A DNA stretch of 64,000 nt, from positions 434,001 to 498,000 of the forward strand of contig JAKMXF010000255.1 in assembly GCA_024704765.1 (NCBI GenBank). Direction: 5' to 3'. Positions 1 to 11,430 of the stretch are shown here, piece by piece (the first letter of the stretch is position 1; every line of letters starts with the position of its first letter). Made by a program: the position numbers and the translations under genes. Origin of the DNA: Oopsacas minuta (lineage: Eukaryota > Animalia > Porifera). Below the pieces are notes generated by a model. That model saw only the letters and a program-made list of their open reading frames with translations, did not search any database and was not told the origin of the DNA.

Positions 1-231
1 TATTATTATTCAGAATACTTCTATGTTTGGATGTGTTTTGATCGATATTATCTGGTTAGATAATATAAATATTTGTCCAAGTTCTGAACCAGGTCAAGTC
101 GAAATTAATTGACTAGGTGAACCGATTTTGTGTGGTCAGTGACCCAAAATCCTGGTGGTGGATATTCCTTAAACATAATCTTCCCCAATTCCTCCACAAG
201 GGGGCCAAGTGGACCCCGTTGAGAATCACTG

Positions 232-385
232 GCCTAGACTAACCTCCTAGGTATAAACCAGCCAGGCCTGATTAACCCCCCTTTCGAGGATATAATCTGG
301 GCTAGCCCGGTTTATGCCTGGGGGTCGATCTAGGATAGACCAGACTATACCCGGGGTTAAACTGGGTTGGGAGGTTAATCTAGGC
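232..385. mobile_element. MITE-like element in intron
   Basis: Imperfect terminal inverted repeats ggcctagactaacctcc / ggaggttaatctaggc, a GC-richer interior and no ORF. Confidence 0.4.
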
Positions 386-422
386 TGTTACACTGGGATA
401 AGCCAGGCATAGTGTACAACAG

Positions 423-3400
423 ATTTATCAAAATTATATATTTAGAAAGAATCCATCTTGAAGCTTCCTTCTTAACTGAAAGGATCTCACATTTAAAAGG
501 GAAATCGATTTCAGAAATTGTGGAATTATTCAAAGAATATTTCATCGAATTTCCTGAAAATGAGTTGGTAATAGAATTGGATAGTTTTGAGAAAAGATTC
601 GACATATTCATTAAATGGCTTGCAGGTATTGAGAACCCAAAAATTGCAACAGAACCAAGTGAATTCATAAATTGGTCCGAAACTCAAAAGATCAAGGAAA
701 GCTACATTTGCTCGCCACGAAACAAGGCTGGCATCATTGAAATATTGAATCACCCAGAATATAAAGGAAGGCATATTGGTTTGTTAGGCTCCACTCACTC
801 ATGGGATAATCTATACGGTAATGATGGGTCAGTACTGCTAAATTTTCTACTTTTCAAAGGTCCAAATGGTAAGGCAATTGAAAAAGTCAATATAGATGAA
901 GGTATCATAAATATTTCAGCTGGGTGTTCTATCCTACAGAAACATGGCTTATTGGGGATAAGTAAGGATCCTATCCTGTTACCCAATTGTGTTATATTCA
1001 CAGATGGACATTATGCTGGATTCACTGCAACTGGATGTCATGTGAGTTATTGAAATGTTTATATAAGTTTAGGATTCAATGATTTAGCTGGGCGGTAAAA
1101 TTTGTCATAAACAATGAAATATAAAAAATGTAATAAGTCAGAATCTACATTTCACGAATTATTTAAACACCAACGCGCTTCGCTTACTAGGGCGCTGTGC
1201 GACAGCTTAGGGCCTCAAGTTAGATTAACTATTAAACAGATAAATTTCTTAGTGCTTTTGGTCGCTACGCGACGTGATAAACTCGACACTTCGTACCTTG
1301 GGTTTATAATATTACCAGAAATTTGTATCATCCATGCTCCATCCAAATTACATTCAATGGCCCTCTGTGGTGGCACTGGAGATGCTATGTCGCTTATGGT
1401 TAGTAATCTCAGCACTTCGTGCCTTGGGTATTAAGAAATTCTAAATTTTTGATTTTTTTGTACAGTCATAATGACGTAATAATCCCATGATTAGTTAGCT
1501 TCTGGTCACAACATGTGACATATTGAGGGGTACCTGTGATTCAAATTTCAAACTTCTATCATATATATTGGCTGAGCAGTGATAAATAATGTGATGTTTC
1601 GAAAATCCAAAAAGGACGTCATAATTTCGTCATTGGTGTGAATTTTTGTCCAAGATTCTAACTTGTTCGAGCCAAGCCCAAAATACTCCTGTATGCCAAA
1701 AATCAGCCCTGGGGTCCTTCAGTTTCTTCAATCAATCCTGGACATACAACATATATATATATATACATATCAAGGTTGCAACCGAATAGTTCAATATTCG
1801 GTTACCAACTTAATATCAGTCTTCGGTATTCGGTTGGTCAAACCGAACAATATCAGTATTTGGTTAGGTTGCTATTCATGAATACTGATATTCGGTTTTA
1901 TCGGTTACAACCTTGATATATAAACACATATATAAATACACAGATTAATTGCGTTTAATAGTATAGATAAATTAACAAACAGAGTACGACATAAATAGTA
2001 TAATCAGTTTCATGAGAATTGCCAATTTCCAAATTGCGTGCGTAAGTATAAATAACATAAATTTTGTTGATGACCTTCAAGGAGTTCATCAATTTTGATG
2101 CATCAAAAGAGGAGGTCATCAAATTCATAAAACAACAATAAATTTACACATGCGAAACTTAAAAATGCGATATTCGGATTCAGTGTACTTTGTTCTCTAG
2201 CACAACAATTTGAATTATCAGCCCAAAGGTGTGAAATTATGATCAATCATATACAACAATGTTCATCACCACACACACCCAACAAAAGAGACATTATACA
2301 AAATGCCTAAGTAGCTTGCAAATTGCTACAAAACCAGCATTAATCATATTGCCTGGACGATGGGCATTATGCAAAAATGCCCAAATTCGTACATCGCACA
2401 TAACAGAGATATTAAGGATAATACGTATATGTTTTAGGGATGTAGTTTCACAGAAGGAAGTGTATCTGATCGCATTCGGAAGATAACATTTCTAGATGCA
2501 GAAGGAAAAGAGAACGTTCTGGATATCGATAAAGATGAGAAGAAACTGAGAGCAGGAGCTATAGGGTTAGGATCTTATGGAATTATAACAGAGTTACAAT
2601 TTAAGATGGAGCGTGAAAAATTAGTTGTAACAGAGAGTCATTATTGGACTCTGTCTCAAATGAAGTATCATCTTCATAACCGTCCAATTGATTGGATTTC
2701 ATTCGAGCATTACTGGTGGCCATTTGGTAGTGTATCACTAGGTGATGCTTTCCAATGCATGATTACTGGTACATTAGAAAATTACGATTTTGAAGAAGAT
2801 AAAGTATACTGCAGAATAGTCAGGCATTACAGAGATCCCAATAATCACGAAAGGTTCCCTATCGATCCAATAACAAATAAGAGCATACCCTATTGGGACG
2901 AGTTTTCGAAATCCTATATTTACCCTGATGAAGAGTATAAAGGCGATCCATTTTCTATAGGGAAAAATGAATTTCCATATTATTTCCAAGAGGTATTGCT
3001 GTGGTTGAGGAAATATGTCTTTAAGCATTTTGAAAATAAACATGATCATCCGCATTCTGGATATCTACAGAGGTTTACTCCATTCTTCCAAGTGTTGATA
3101 CTTGAATTACTAAAAGGTTTACAGTTTATACAGGAATTTGGTAGGCCTCGTGTATCAACCTTTTTCAACGCGGTACACTATCTCCCATTTGTTTCTGCAT
3201 TACCCGTGAGGATAAATGATATAGAATTATGCTTCAAAGCTTCATCACAACCAGCATGTGAGGATCTTCAGAGAGAATCTTTCGATAACTATTTTAAAGC
3301 ATTGAATGAACTCGGAGTACGTATACAAGATGAAGCGTATTATGGAAGGTTCCCGGTTAATATGTGTATAGAATCGAGAATATGTGCAGCAAGCCCGTGT

Positions 3401-3694
3401 CCCTTAGCAGCATGTTATTCTACAGAGCCCAAACTGTTTGTCTACCTAGAAATCCTCTCATTTCTGGACACACCATCATGGAAATACTTTGGTAACGAAT
3501 TCTTCCGAGTGATTAAATCAATCGATCCTAATGTGAAACCCGCACTGGGGAAACAATGGGCGCTTATAGAGGGAATTCATGAACATTTACGTGAAGTTTG
3601 TAAGGAAGGATTAGCAGGGCTCAAAGAGCTACAGCAGGAGTATGATAAAGCTGGTAGATTCATGAGTCCAGTTATTGTTGATCTCTTCAACTGA
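423..3694 (+). CDS. FAD-linked oxidoreductase of the aldonolactone oxidase (GULO/ALO, VAO/PCMH) family, 5'-partial; exons 423-1041 and 2438-3694
   Basis: Exon 423-1041 gives FINWSETQ...P...GSTHSW...GFTATGCH and ends at donor gtgagt (1042). Acceptor ttttag (2437) continues in frame GCSFTEGSVSD...GLGSYGIITEL into ORF 2606-3694, which ends ...KPALGKQW. These match PCMH FAD-binding and ALO C-terminal motifs. Upstream exon(s) are not resolved. Confidence 0.75.
1772..1915. mobile_element. TA-flanked MITE; related right end at about 18190-18259
   Basis: TIR CAAGGTTGCAACCGA / TCGGTTACAACCTTG with internal tattcggtt repeats. The sequence atactgatattcggttgcaacctt recurs near 18237-18260. Confidence 0.55.
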
Positions 3695-3840
3695 AAAGTA
3701 ATCTAGATTTACATAGATACCCCCGTGTGACATTTCTTGCTTTAGGCTTTGTGTTCTGTAATCCTATGTATTGTATATTATGCATATACATTAGCGTTTT
3801 GATAGGATAGGAGTGTGTTAAGTATTTTACTACATTATAC

Positions 3841-4641
3841 TGTTGTATGACAGAACAACTACCTATGACGTTTCTATAGGTGAGCTGAACATGTCAGAAT
3901 TTACCGTTCTGATTTTGTCAGAATATTGATTTCTGCACTTGTCAGAATGGTTTTTATCGAGTTTTGACTTTGGGAGAATTGGATTTTGATTGGATTATCT
4001 AGCTAGCTTTGCTTGAGCTGAGAAGAGCAGGCACTTCAGCACACTATTTGGATAACTGGCCAGATGTTTTTAATACAGCTATATTTAAAGAATTACCGGA
4101 AGTTGATATTTACATCCGTCAATCCAAATCAATAAACAACTATATAGTGTCGAAACTAAATGCTAAAATTAATTCTCCCAAATCGGAGCACAAAAACTCG
4201 ATATATACCATTTTGACAAAGTCAGAACTATAAAATATTTATTCTGACAAGTGCAGAACTCTAAAAAACCGATTCTGATAAGTGCAGGACTAAATATTCT
4301 GACAAGATCAGAATAGTAAATTCTGACATGTACATGTCCCCCATTCCTATTACTTTCTTGATATGACTTGCCACTTTTGTAGTTACTATTACATGGCTGC
4401 AAAGCAATTTATCTTGTAATTTATTGCTTATTTCCTTCCAATCTAAGTACCATCGTGTTGTAGAAGTTTCTTAGTTAGTGATTAATAAACTATAATATAA
4501 TTACCAGTATACGCGAAACGAACTTGTAACATTGTATTTAATTATTATAATTATGATTGTAATAATCATAGGTAGTTGTTCTGTCATAGCAGAAATATCC
4601 ATGGTTATGGTTATACAAGGTAGTTGTTCTGTCATACAACA
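3841..4641. repeat. Nested foldback / long-TIR element
   Basis: Perfect 23-bp inverted repeat 3841-3863 / 4619-4641, with a partial extra copy at 4566-4588. It encloses an inner imperfect inverted repeat 3889-4331 built from gtcagaat/attctgac subrepeats. Confidence 0.65.
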
Positions 4642-5224
4642 ATACTAACAAGAGTATTCCACATTTTATGAATGGATTATTAGTTTATTACTCTCCTAAA
4701 ATGTATATATACAATTTTCATCTACTTTCTTATTAATGGGATATTGCTTGACCATGGATACATAGAGTATATGAATAATCCGAAAAAGTGACTAATAGGT
4801 GTACTTGTCTATACAAACTTAATTAAAAGGAACTTTTCTGATTATACTAAATAGTAAATAATGTATTATATGATGGGTTACCATGCAACTAGGCTCATAA
4901 GGCAGGTGGAAAATATGACGTCATACTCTATACTTTTCGCATTATAGTGAAGTCAAATCAGGAGGGCAAGTGCCCTCCCACCTAAAATGGCCTCAGTTGC
5001 GGCAATGGTAAGCATGAATAATGATGCCTTCAGGATCCATGGTAGGCATCTAATTCCATTTTCATTCTCAGCAACAGCTGGTCAACGAATAGAGAATTTC
5101 CAACAATTGTGGAAAATACAAATTATATAATTAATACTGCAATAAAAGTTCTAAGATAATATGTACAGTATGTTAAAGTAGGCAAAAGTACATCAAATCT
5201 ACATATAATAATGTCAAATATGCT

Positions 5225-6229
5225 CTACTGAATAGAGTGATAATGATTCTTACCAGAGTTCTGAAGAAAAGAACTTTTATCACCTCCTTCAATCCCAGAT
5301 TTCGCCTTTGTTTTTCTCCAAAGACCAAATATTATGAATTGTATGAAAATGGTGAAATCAAAGCACAATGTTCCGATACTCCCGACTAACCAGGGTAATT
5401 TACGTAGAAGAAAAATGGTTTCAACACTATAGAGCAAAATCCCCAACCCATAAGTCAGGTTACCCATCACAGCCATTATAAACATAGGTAAGGAGAGTCC
5501 GTCTGTTGATTTTCGTCGGAAGTTCTTCACAATTTGAGGTATTCTTGAGCCTAAATAGAGAAGCGCGGATATACAGCCAATTACATACCCAACTATATCT
5601 TCCCAGCTTCCGGTATCAACTACATATCCATCCGTTGATAGCAAGGTTCTACCTGGGAGAATATTCACTGCTTTTGGAGTATGGAAGTTTATGGAAAGAA
5701 AATTGTTAGCGAAGAGAAATGTACCACCACACAATATTACTATATAAAGAGGTGTAGCAGGCCGTAGTCGGCGATATCCTTTAGATGAATTCTTCTTATT
5801 CTTCACAAAATAGTAGGTATATTGTGTTAACAGTATAGCATCCATTATAACAAAATAAATGGCTGTAGCTATCTGAGTTGGTAGTTGTCCGGTTAGAAAT
5901 GCTCCTATTAGATTGGTTAAATCACCACCAAGCCATTGCAGTAGGAATAATGCTGAAAGAGCAACGTCAGCTTTTCCAGTGCGACAATTCTGAATAAGTT
6001 GGGGTAACTGAGCAAATATCCAGAATAAAATTGAAAATAATCCAATTATAAACGCAGCATACTGTAAAGATGTTAGCACACATTCTCCGAAATAAGTATA
6101 TATCCAATACGTACCATTCACACAGGAGTTTGAAACATTACTTGATGCCAAGATATTTATTGAGTGATAAAAATGTCCTTCAGAAAGGTGCACTGAGAGT
6201 ATGAGTAATAACAAAGCTAGTATACCCAT
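5225..6229 (-). CDS. SLC66A1: PQ-loop repeat lysosomal amino-acid transporter (PQLC2/SLC66A1-like), intronless
   Basis: 334-aa ORF with two PQ loops (AQLPQLIQN, SRIPQIVKNFRRKSTDGLS), WLGGDLTNL and a multi-TM pattern. Confidence 0.88.
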   Translation of the reverse strand: MGILALLLLILSVHLSEGHFYHSINILASSNVSNSCVNGTYWIYTYFGECVLTSLQYAAFIIGLFSILFWIFAQLPQLIQNCRTGKADVALSALFLLQWLGGDLTNLIGAFLTGQLPTQIATAIYFVIMDAILLTQYTYYFVKNKKNSSKGYRRLRPATPLYIVILCGGTFLFANNFLSINFHTPKAVNILPGRTLLSTDGYVVDTGSWEDIVGYVIGCISALLYLGSRIPQIVKNFRRKSTDGLSLPMFIMAVMGNLTYGLGILLYSVETIFLLRKLPWLVGSIGTLCFDFTIFIQFIIFGLWRKTKAKSGIEGGDKSSFLQNSGKNHYHSIQ

Positions 6230-7172
6230 TATAATGCTTAAAAATATATGAATAATTGAATTAACAATTACCTTTTAAATAATTAATAGAAGGCCTTGGG
6301 AAGGAAATATATTTGTATCAATGTATTCCTATTGTGAGTGTTAATGAGACTAGGCACGTATTATATTTCAACCAAATTATAATTAGCTACCTACTGGAAG
6401 TGAAATATCAGATATTATCTAATCATTAAACTTTCCTTCCAGATTATATAAGAAATTTATTAGTAAGAGCTTTTTGAAGGTTTTCTTCAGAGTAATTATT
6501 AAATTTGTGTGATGCTAGGGTCTAGCTGGTACGTGAAACTGCGGCGAAAAATTTGCTGCGTACCAGCTTGTACATCCGGTATCTCGAAACCACATGGTAA
6601 ACTGTAATCTTTCGAGATAACGGGTATGAGTGTAATCAGATCTTATGCAGACGGGAAATGAAAATGCGTTCCATAAAGGGAATATTGGAGATGACGGATG
6701 CCACACTGTATGAATGAGCATATGGAAATAAATTAGAGTAAATTAAAATTCATCAAGATTAGAAAAACGATTCTATGATAGAAAAATCAACTATTAAGTA
6801 ACTTCCTTTTGAGGTAGAGTGGAGGTTAGAGATGGTGGTAGGCTACTTTTACTGAGTGGTAAAATTAAACTACTTCTATTTAGTCTATCAGTTTGAATGA
6901 TACCGAACAGGCTTGAAAACTGATGATCTAGGCATATCATGTTACTTCATCCATGCAATACAAAAATTGGAGCACCTTGCTAATAGCATCCATCCTGAGT
7001 ATTGCATATGGTTATCGTCTAATACAACATATAAATGATATTTATTGCACCTTCTAAAGTATGTACTATTCAATGAAATAGAATTATACAAGGAGTGATT
7101 GCCCATTGCTCTTTGCAGATGAGATATATATATATATATATAATTGAATAAAGGTTACCATATGAAATTTGA

Positions 7173-8627
7173 ATGGAAAAGTCGACTGAAAAACAAGCTC
7201 GGTTTAAAAGAAGTTGCTCAATATCTAACATTGTAGATGTTCCAACAACTCCACAAGAACGTAGGAAAAGTACAATCCGTAAAGAACATACAAAGTCAAA
7301 ACTGTTGAACAGGGGATGGATTTTCGTAATAAGAATAGTTTGTATAATCAGTGTGGTAGCAATTTGGATATTCTTTTTCCTGCCTGCCCTATTATACAGA
7401 CTACCGAACATGAATCCTGAATTGAATAAAACAATAAATGAAGATTTACTTGATAGTATAAACTTATCTTCAATAACTGTCAATTGTCCAGATCAATACG
7501 TGTACTCAAAGGTTTCTAATAAGTGTCAGCCTGCGTGTGGGAGATGGAGTAATTGTGGTTATGTGTGTTTGTACTTAAAACAGGCAGTTCTAGCTGTATC
7601 AGCTATAATTGGAGTGGTAGTCAGTACATATGCTATATTCAGTTGGATTAGACTCAGACGCACATGGAAGTTTCAACATTATCCCATCCTATTCTGTATC
7701 TGTGTTAATCTTCTGCTATCCATTTCATTTGGGATCTCAGATATTCCAGGTAATTTTGTATTCTACTGTCACACCAAATACATTTCACTCGATGAGCTAA
7801 ACCAAAATGCAGGAATACATATCCAGATTCAAGGTAGTTTCCTACATTACCTTGGACTTTCAAATCGTTTGTGGTTCCTGATGGCACTCTTGCATATCTT
7901 ACTTATGATATGTTTCCCAATGAAGAATATATTTGCAGAAAAGAGAGCTCGACTGATAACATTCATTGTAGAAAATTCACTTTGTTTCGGTCTCCCTGTT
8001 ATTCTTGAAATGATACCTTATGCACTGGGTATCAGATATTACTTCTTTGACGAGATTGATATGCCCATCTTGGATAACGCGATAGCAAATGCAGTAATTG
8101 GATATACTCCACATGTTATCATCACTCTACTCACAATGACGTTAGTTATTTGTATATTATACAAAACACGAATGCAGGCTATAAAGATGAAAGAGTTTGG
8201 AGATGGTTATGAACTGCAAACAATAGAGAAACGACTCTTAATCTTCACTACTATATATTTCATTATTTCTGCTATCATTGTCGTATCTATCATTGTCCAT
8301 TATTTCATAGACACACAGATAAATAAGGCATTCGAAGATTACTTGTCTTTCATAACACTGAATAGCACATACATTGATACAAACAGTTCAGGAACCGAAA
8401 CATTGAGTCATCTATTGACTCCGTTTAACCAAAACACAATAGAAGAACCAATTAAACCTCTGCTAGTGTATATACGTGGGATGTGGCAACGATTAATGTT
8501 TATTGCAGTTTTTGTAGTCATTAGTGTACCTTGTCCCTGCAAGAAAAAGAAGAAATCTTCAGTAAGAAAACCAAGCATTTCTAAAGGCAATGAAATGATA
8601 TTCAGCAATAAAGGTGCTAAGGCTTGA
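7173..8627 (+). CDS. Orphan GPCR-like membrane protein, paralog A, intronless
   Basis: 484-aa ORF with an N-terminal hydrophobic segment, a Cys-rich ectodomain (CPDQY...CQPACGRWSNC), seven further hydrophobic segments and a Cys/basic tail. Confidence 0.75.
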   Translation: MEKSTEKQARFKRSCSISNIVDVPTTPQERRKSTIRKEHTKSKLLNRGWIFVIRIVCIISVVAIWIFFFLPALLYRLPNMNPELNKTINEDLLDSINLSSITVNCPDQYVYSKVSNKCQPACGRWSNCGYVCLYLKQAVLAVSAIIGVVVSTYAIFSWIRLRRTWKFQHYPILFCICVNLLLSISFGISDIPGNFVFYCHTKYISLDELNQNAGIHIQIQGSFLHYLGLSNRLWFLMALLHILLMICFPMKNIFAEKRARLITFIVENSLCFGLPVILEMIPYALGIRYYFFDEIDMPILDNAIANAVIGYTPHVIITLLTMTLVICILYKTRMQAIKMKEFGDGYELQTIEKRLLIFTTIYFIISAIIVVSIIVHYFIDTQINKAFEDYLSFITLNSTYIDTNSSGTETLSHLLTPFNQNTIEEPIKPLLVYIRGMWQRLMFIAVFVVISVPCPCKKKKKSSVRKPSISKGNEMIFSNKGAKA

Positions 8628-11190
8628 ATTGTATACTTTTGTAAAATACTTTTTTGAAAAATATTTTTGTTTGATTATTGTAATATTTCCTCGATTCAAT
8701 TTTAGTGCCACTAATTAACTAAATGACTTAGTTTTATCAATTAATTAACTGTGTTATTAACAGACATTGGTTAGGCGAATTCTAACTACACGAACCTTTG
8801 TAGAGTGAATTGACTGACCTATTTAACAAATTTCATAATATCATGCTTGGCAACTCTTCGGAATTCCTGAATGAATTTCAGAGAATTTCTTGAGAATCCC
8901 GGGAAATTATTATTTGTTACATGGAAATATACAAACAAAAATATAAGTTTTATTAACACTCAACTTATACTCAGAGCATAATTTAGCTTAAATATAGGAA
9001 TTATTCTATTATTTGAAGAACCCTTTCAGCACTACTCCTGTTATCCCACCACCTCCTTTGTTTGCAGAACACTGATTAGTATTCATCATACAACACCCTC
9101 TACTCCATCCACAAGTAACACATGGTGTAATCATTGCCGCAGGCCTTTCAGGGTGTCGAGGACACCGTTGTAGTCCAGGTTGTGCCCAAGTATGAGGTCC
9201 TCTATAATCAAATATACCAGACATCTGATTCCGTGATAATTATTACTAACCTGACTTAATTAATGCTATTGATGTACTTCTGGTATTTATATAATATTTT
9301 TGCATGATTATGGGGTTATCTTGGATGAGTCAAGAAAAGTTGCATCAATAATATCAGATCATATATTTTCCACAAAAGTACAAACTAACATACCTTAATA
9401 TAATTGCAATCGATATAATATTACATAATATTTATGAGGATTTTCACGATTGAAAATTGGAATTAAATCATTTTGTTAATTGCGCCATTTATTGATATTA
9501 TTATCTGGTGGTGAGTTCTAATTATAGACACAATTTTGTTCATAACTAATCTGTCAAAGGAGTACCCATTAACATTAAATATTGAGAATATACCTTGATA
9601 ACTGATAAGTGTATATATCATTATCAAATGGCACGTCCCTTAGTATGAATATAATAAAGTGATAATGATATCTAATTCCTATTCAGACTAAAACAACTTA
9701 TTGAGGCTCTCGTGATTGTATGTACATTTTAGGTTCAAACACGTGAAGTCTTCCCTCTAAGGACTTCGGAGGGGTTATCCCCGGTATTTTCGCTTATAAG
9801 GTTCAATCTCTAGGATATTTTCCCGAATTTATCACATTTTTGCCAGTACCAGCTGGATTTTTGGCTGACCTCCCGTCAGATGTGCTGCCCCACTAAAGTT
9901 TGAAGGAACACTGAACGCATGTATATATTATTACAACAAATGAACAATTGAAATAAAACAAAATGAATTTCAAAGTTGGGCCTTAGGATTCCTGATGGTC
10001 AATCCAGAGTGTCTAGTAATCTTCTCTTTACTATTAGTCTTCTTTTTGCAATTACAGGGGACGTGTATAACAACAAAAACGGAAACAAACATTAATCGAT
10101 TTCCCATTCCACGAATAAAGAAGAGAAAGGGCGGAGTTACTTCTTCGATTAAACCTTGGTAGTCTGTTGCAAGAAGATTTTTCAATATTTTGCCAGTTTC
10201 GTTTGTTGTAAGGGGATTGTTTGTATCAATGTATGTACTATTCAGTGTTATGAAAGACAAGTAATCTTCGAATGCCTTATTTATCTGTGTGTCTATGAAA
10301 TAATGGACAATGATAGATACGACAATGATAGCAGAAATAATGAAATATATAGTAGCGAAGATTAAGAGTCGTTTCTCTATTGTTTGCAGTTCATAACCAT
10401 CTCCAAACTCTTTCATCTTTATAGCCTGCATTCGTGTTTTGTATAATATACAAATAACTAACGTCATTGTGAGTAGAGTGATGATAACATGTGGAGTATA
10501 TCCAATTACTGCATTTGCTATCGTGTTATCCAAGGTGGGCATATCAATCTCGTCAAAGAAGTAATATCTGATACCCAGTGCATAAGGTATCATTTCAAGA
10601 ATAACCGGGAGACCGAAACAAAGTGAATTTTCTACAATGAGTGTTATCAGTCGAGCTCTCTTTTCTGCAAATATATTCTTCATTGGGAAACATATCACAA
10701 GTAAGATATGCAAGAGTGCCATCAGGAACCACAAACGATTTGAAAGTCCAAGGTAATGTAGGAAACTACCTTGAATCTGGATATGTATTCCTGCATTTTG
10801 GTTTAGCTCATCGAGTGAAATGTATTTGGTGTGACAGTAGAATACAAAATTACCTGGAATATCTGAGATCCCAAATGAAATGGATAGCAGAAGATTAACA
10901 CAGATACAGAATAGGATGGGATAATGTTGAAACTTCCATGTACGTCTGAGTCTAATCCAACTGAATATAGCATATGTACTGACTACCACTCCAATTATAG
11001 CTGATACAGCTAGAACTGCCTGTTTTAAGTACAAGCACACATAACCACAATTACTCCATCTCCCACACGCAGGCTGACACTTATTAGAAACCTTTGAGTA
11101 CACGTATTGATCTGGACAATTGACAGTTATTGAAGATAAGTTTATACTATCAAGTAAATCTTCATTTATTGTTTTATTCAATTCAGGATT
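7413..11190. repeat. Inverted duplication; arms 7413-8385 and 10218-11190 (973 bp each), spacer 1832 bp
   Basis: The arms are near-identical reverse complements with no net indel (coordinate sums equal 18603 at both ends). Confidence 0.9.
9009..9224 (-). CDS. Candidate 71-aa Cys/Gly-rich small protein
   Basis: ATG-initiated ORF, visibly GC-richer than its AT-rich flanks, containing C-x2-H, C-x2-C, CC and C. No family recognised. Confidence 0.4.
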   Translation of the reverse strand: MSGIFDYRGPHTWAQPGLQRCPRHPERPAAMITPCVTCGWSRGCCMMNTNQCSANKGGGGITGVVLKGFFK

Positions 11191-11430
11191 TATGTTTGGT
11201 ATTCCTTGCAGTATGCCAGGAATGAAAAAGAACACCCAAATAGCTATAATACTTAAAATACACAGAAGAGTTATAACAATGATCGAACTTTGTTTCAACA
11301 GTATCGGTTTGGTTTGCAGAGTAGGTATAGATGCTCTCTTAGACTGTAAAATTTCCGCGGGTGCTTCTACTACATTCGATATCGAACATTTCCTTGCATA
11401 TTGTGGCGGTTTTTCATTAGAATCCATCAT
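9970..11430 (-). CDS. Orphan GPCR-like membrane protein, paralog B, intronless
   Basis: 486-aa ORF. The core is nearly identical to 7173-8627 while both termini have diverged. Confidence 0.75.
   Translation of the reverse strand: MMDSNEKPPQYARKCSISNVVEAPAEILQSKRASIPTLQTKPILLKQSSIIVITLLCILSIIAIWVFFFIPGILQGIPNINPELNKTINEDLLDSINLSSITVNCPDQYVYSKVSNKCQPACGRWSNCGYVCLYLKQAVLAVSAIIGVVVSTYAIFSWIRLRRTWKFQHYPILFCICVNLLLSISFGISDIPGNFVFYCHTKYISLDELNQNAGIHIQIQGSFLHYLGLSNRLWFLMALLHILLVICFPMKNIFAEKRARLITLIVENSLCFGLPVILEMIPYALGIRYYFFDEIDMPTLDNTIANAVIGYTPHVIITLLTMTLVICILYKTRMQAIKMKEFGDGYELQTIEKRLLIFATIYFIISAIIVVSIIVHYFIDTQINKAFEDYLSFITLNSTYIDTNNPLTTNETGKILKNLLATDYQGLIEEVTPPFLFFIRGMGNRLMFVSVFVVIHVPCNCKKKTNSKEKITRHSGLTIRNPKAQL

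Noticed and set aside
1114-2486. ORFs 1114-1434, 1215-1415, 1663-1881 and 2259-2486
   Set aside because: They lie inside the oxidase intron, overlap repeat fragments and have no recognisable motifs.
3889-4331. Regularly spaced gtcagaat/attctgac repeats superficially like a CRISPR array
   Set aside because: The repeats are short, degenerate and inverted between halves, with no unique spacers or cas genes; they fit TIR subrepeats in a eukaryote.
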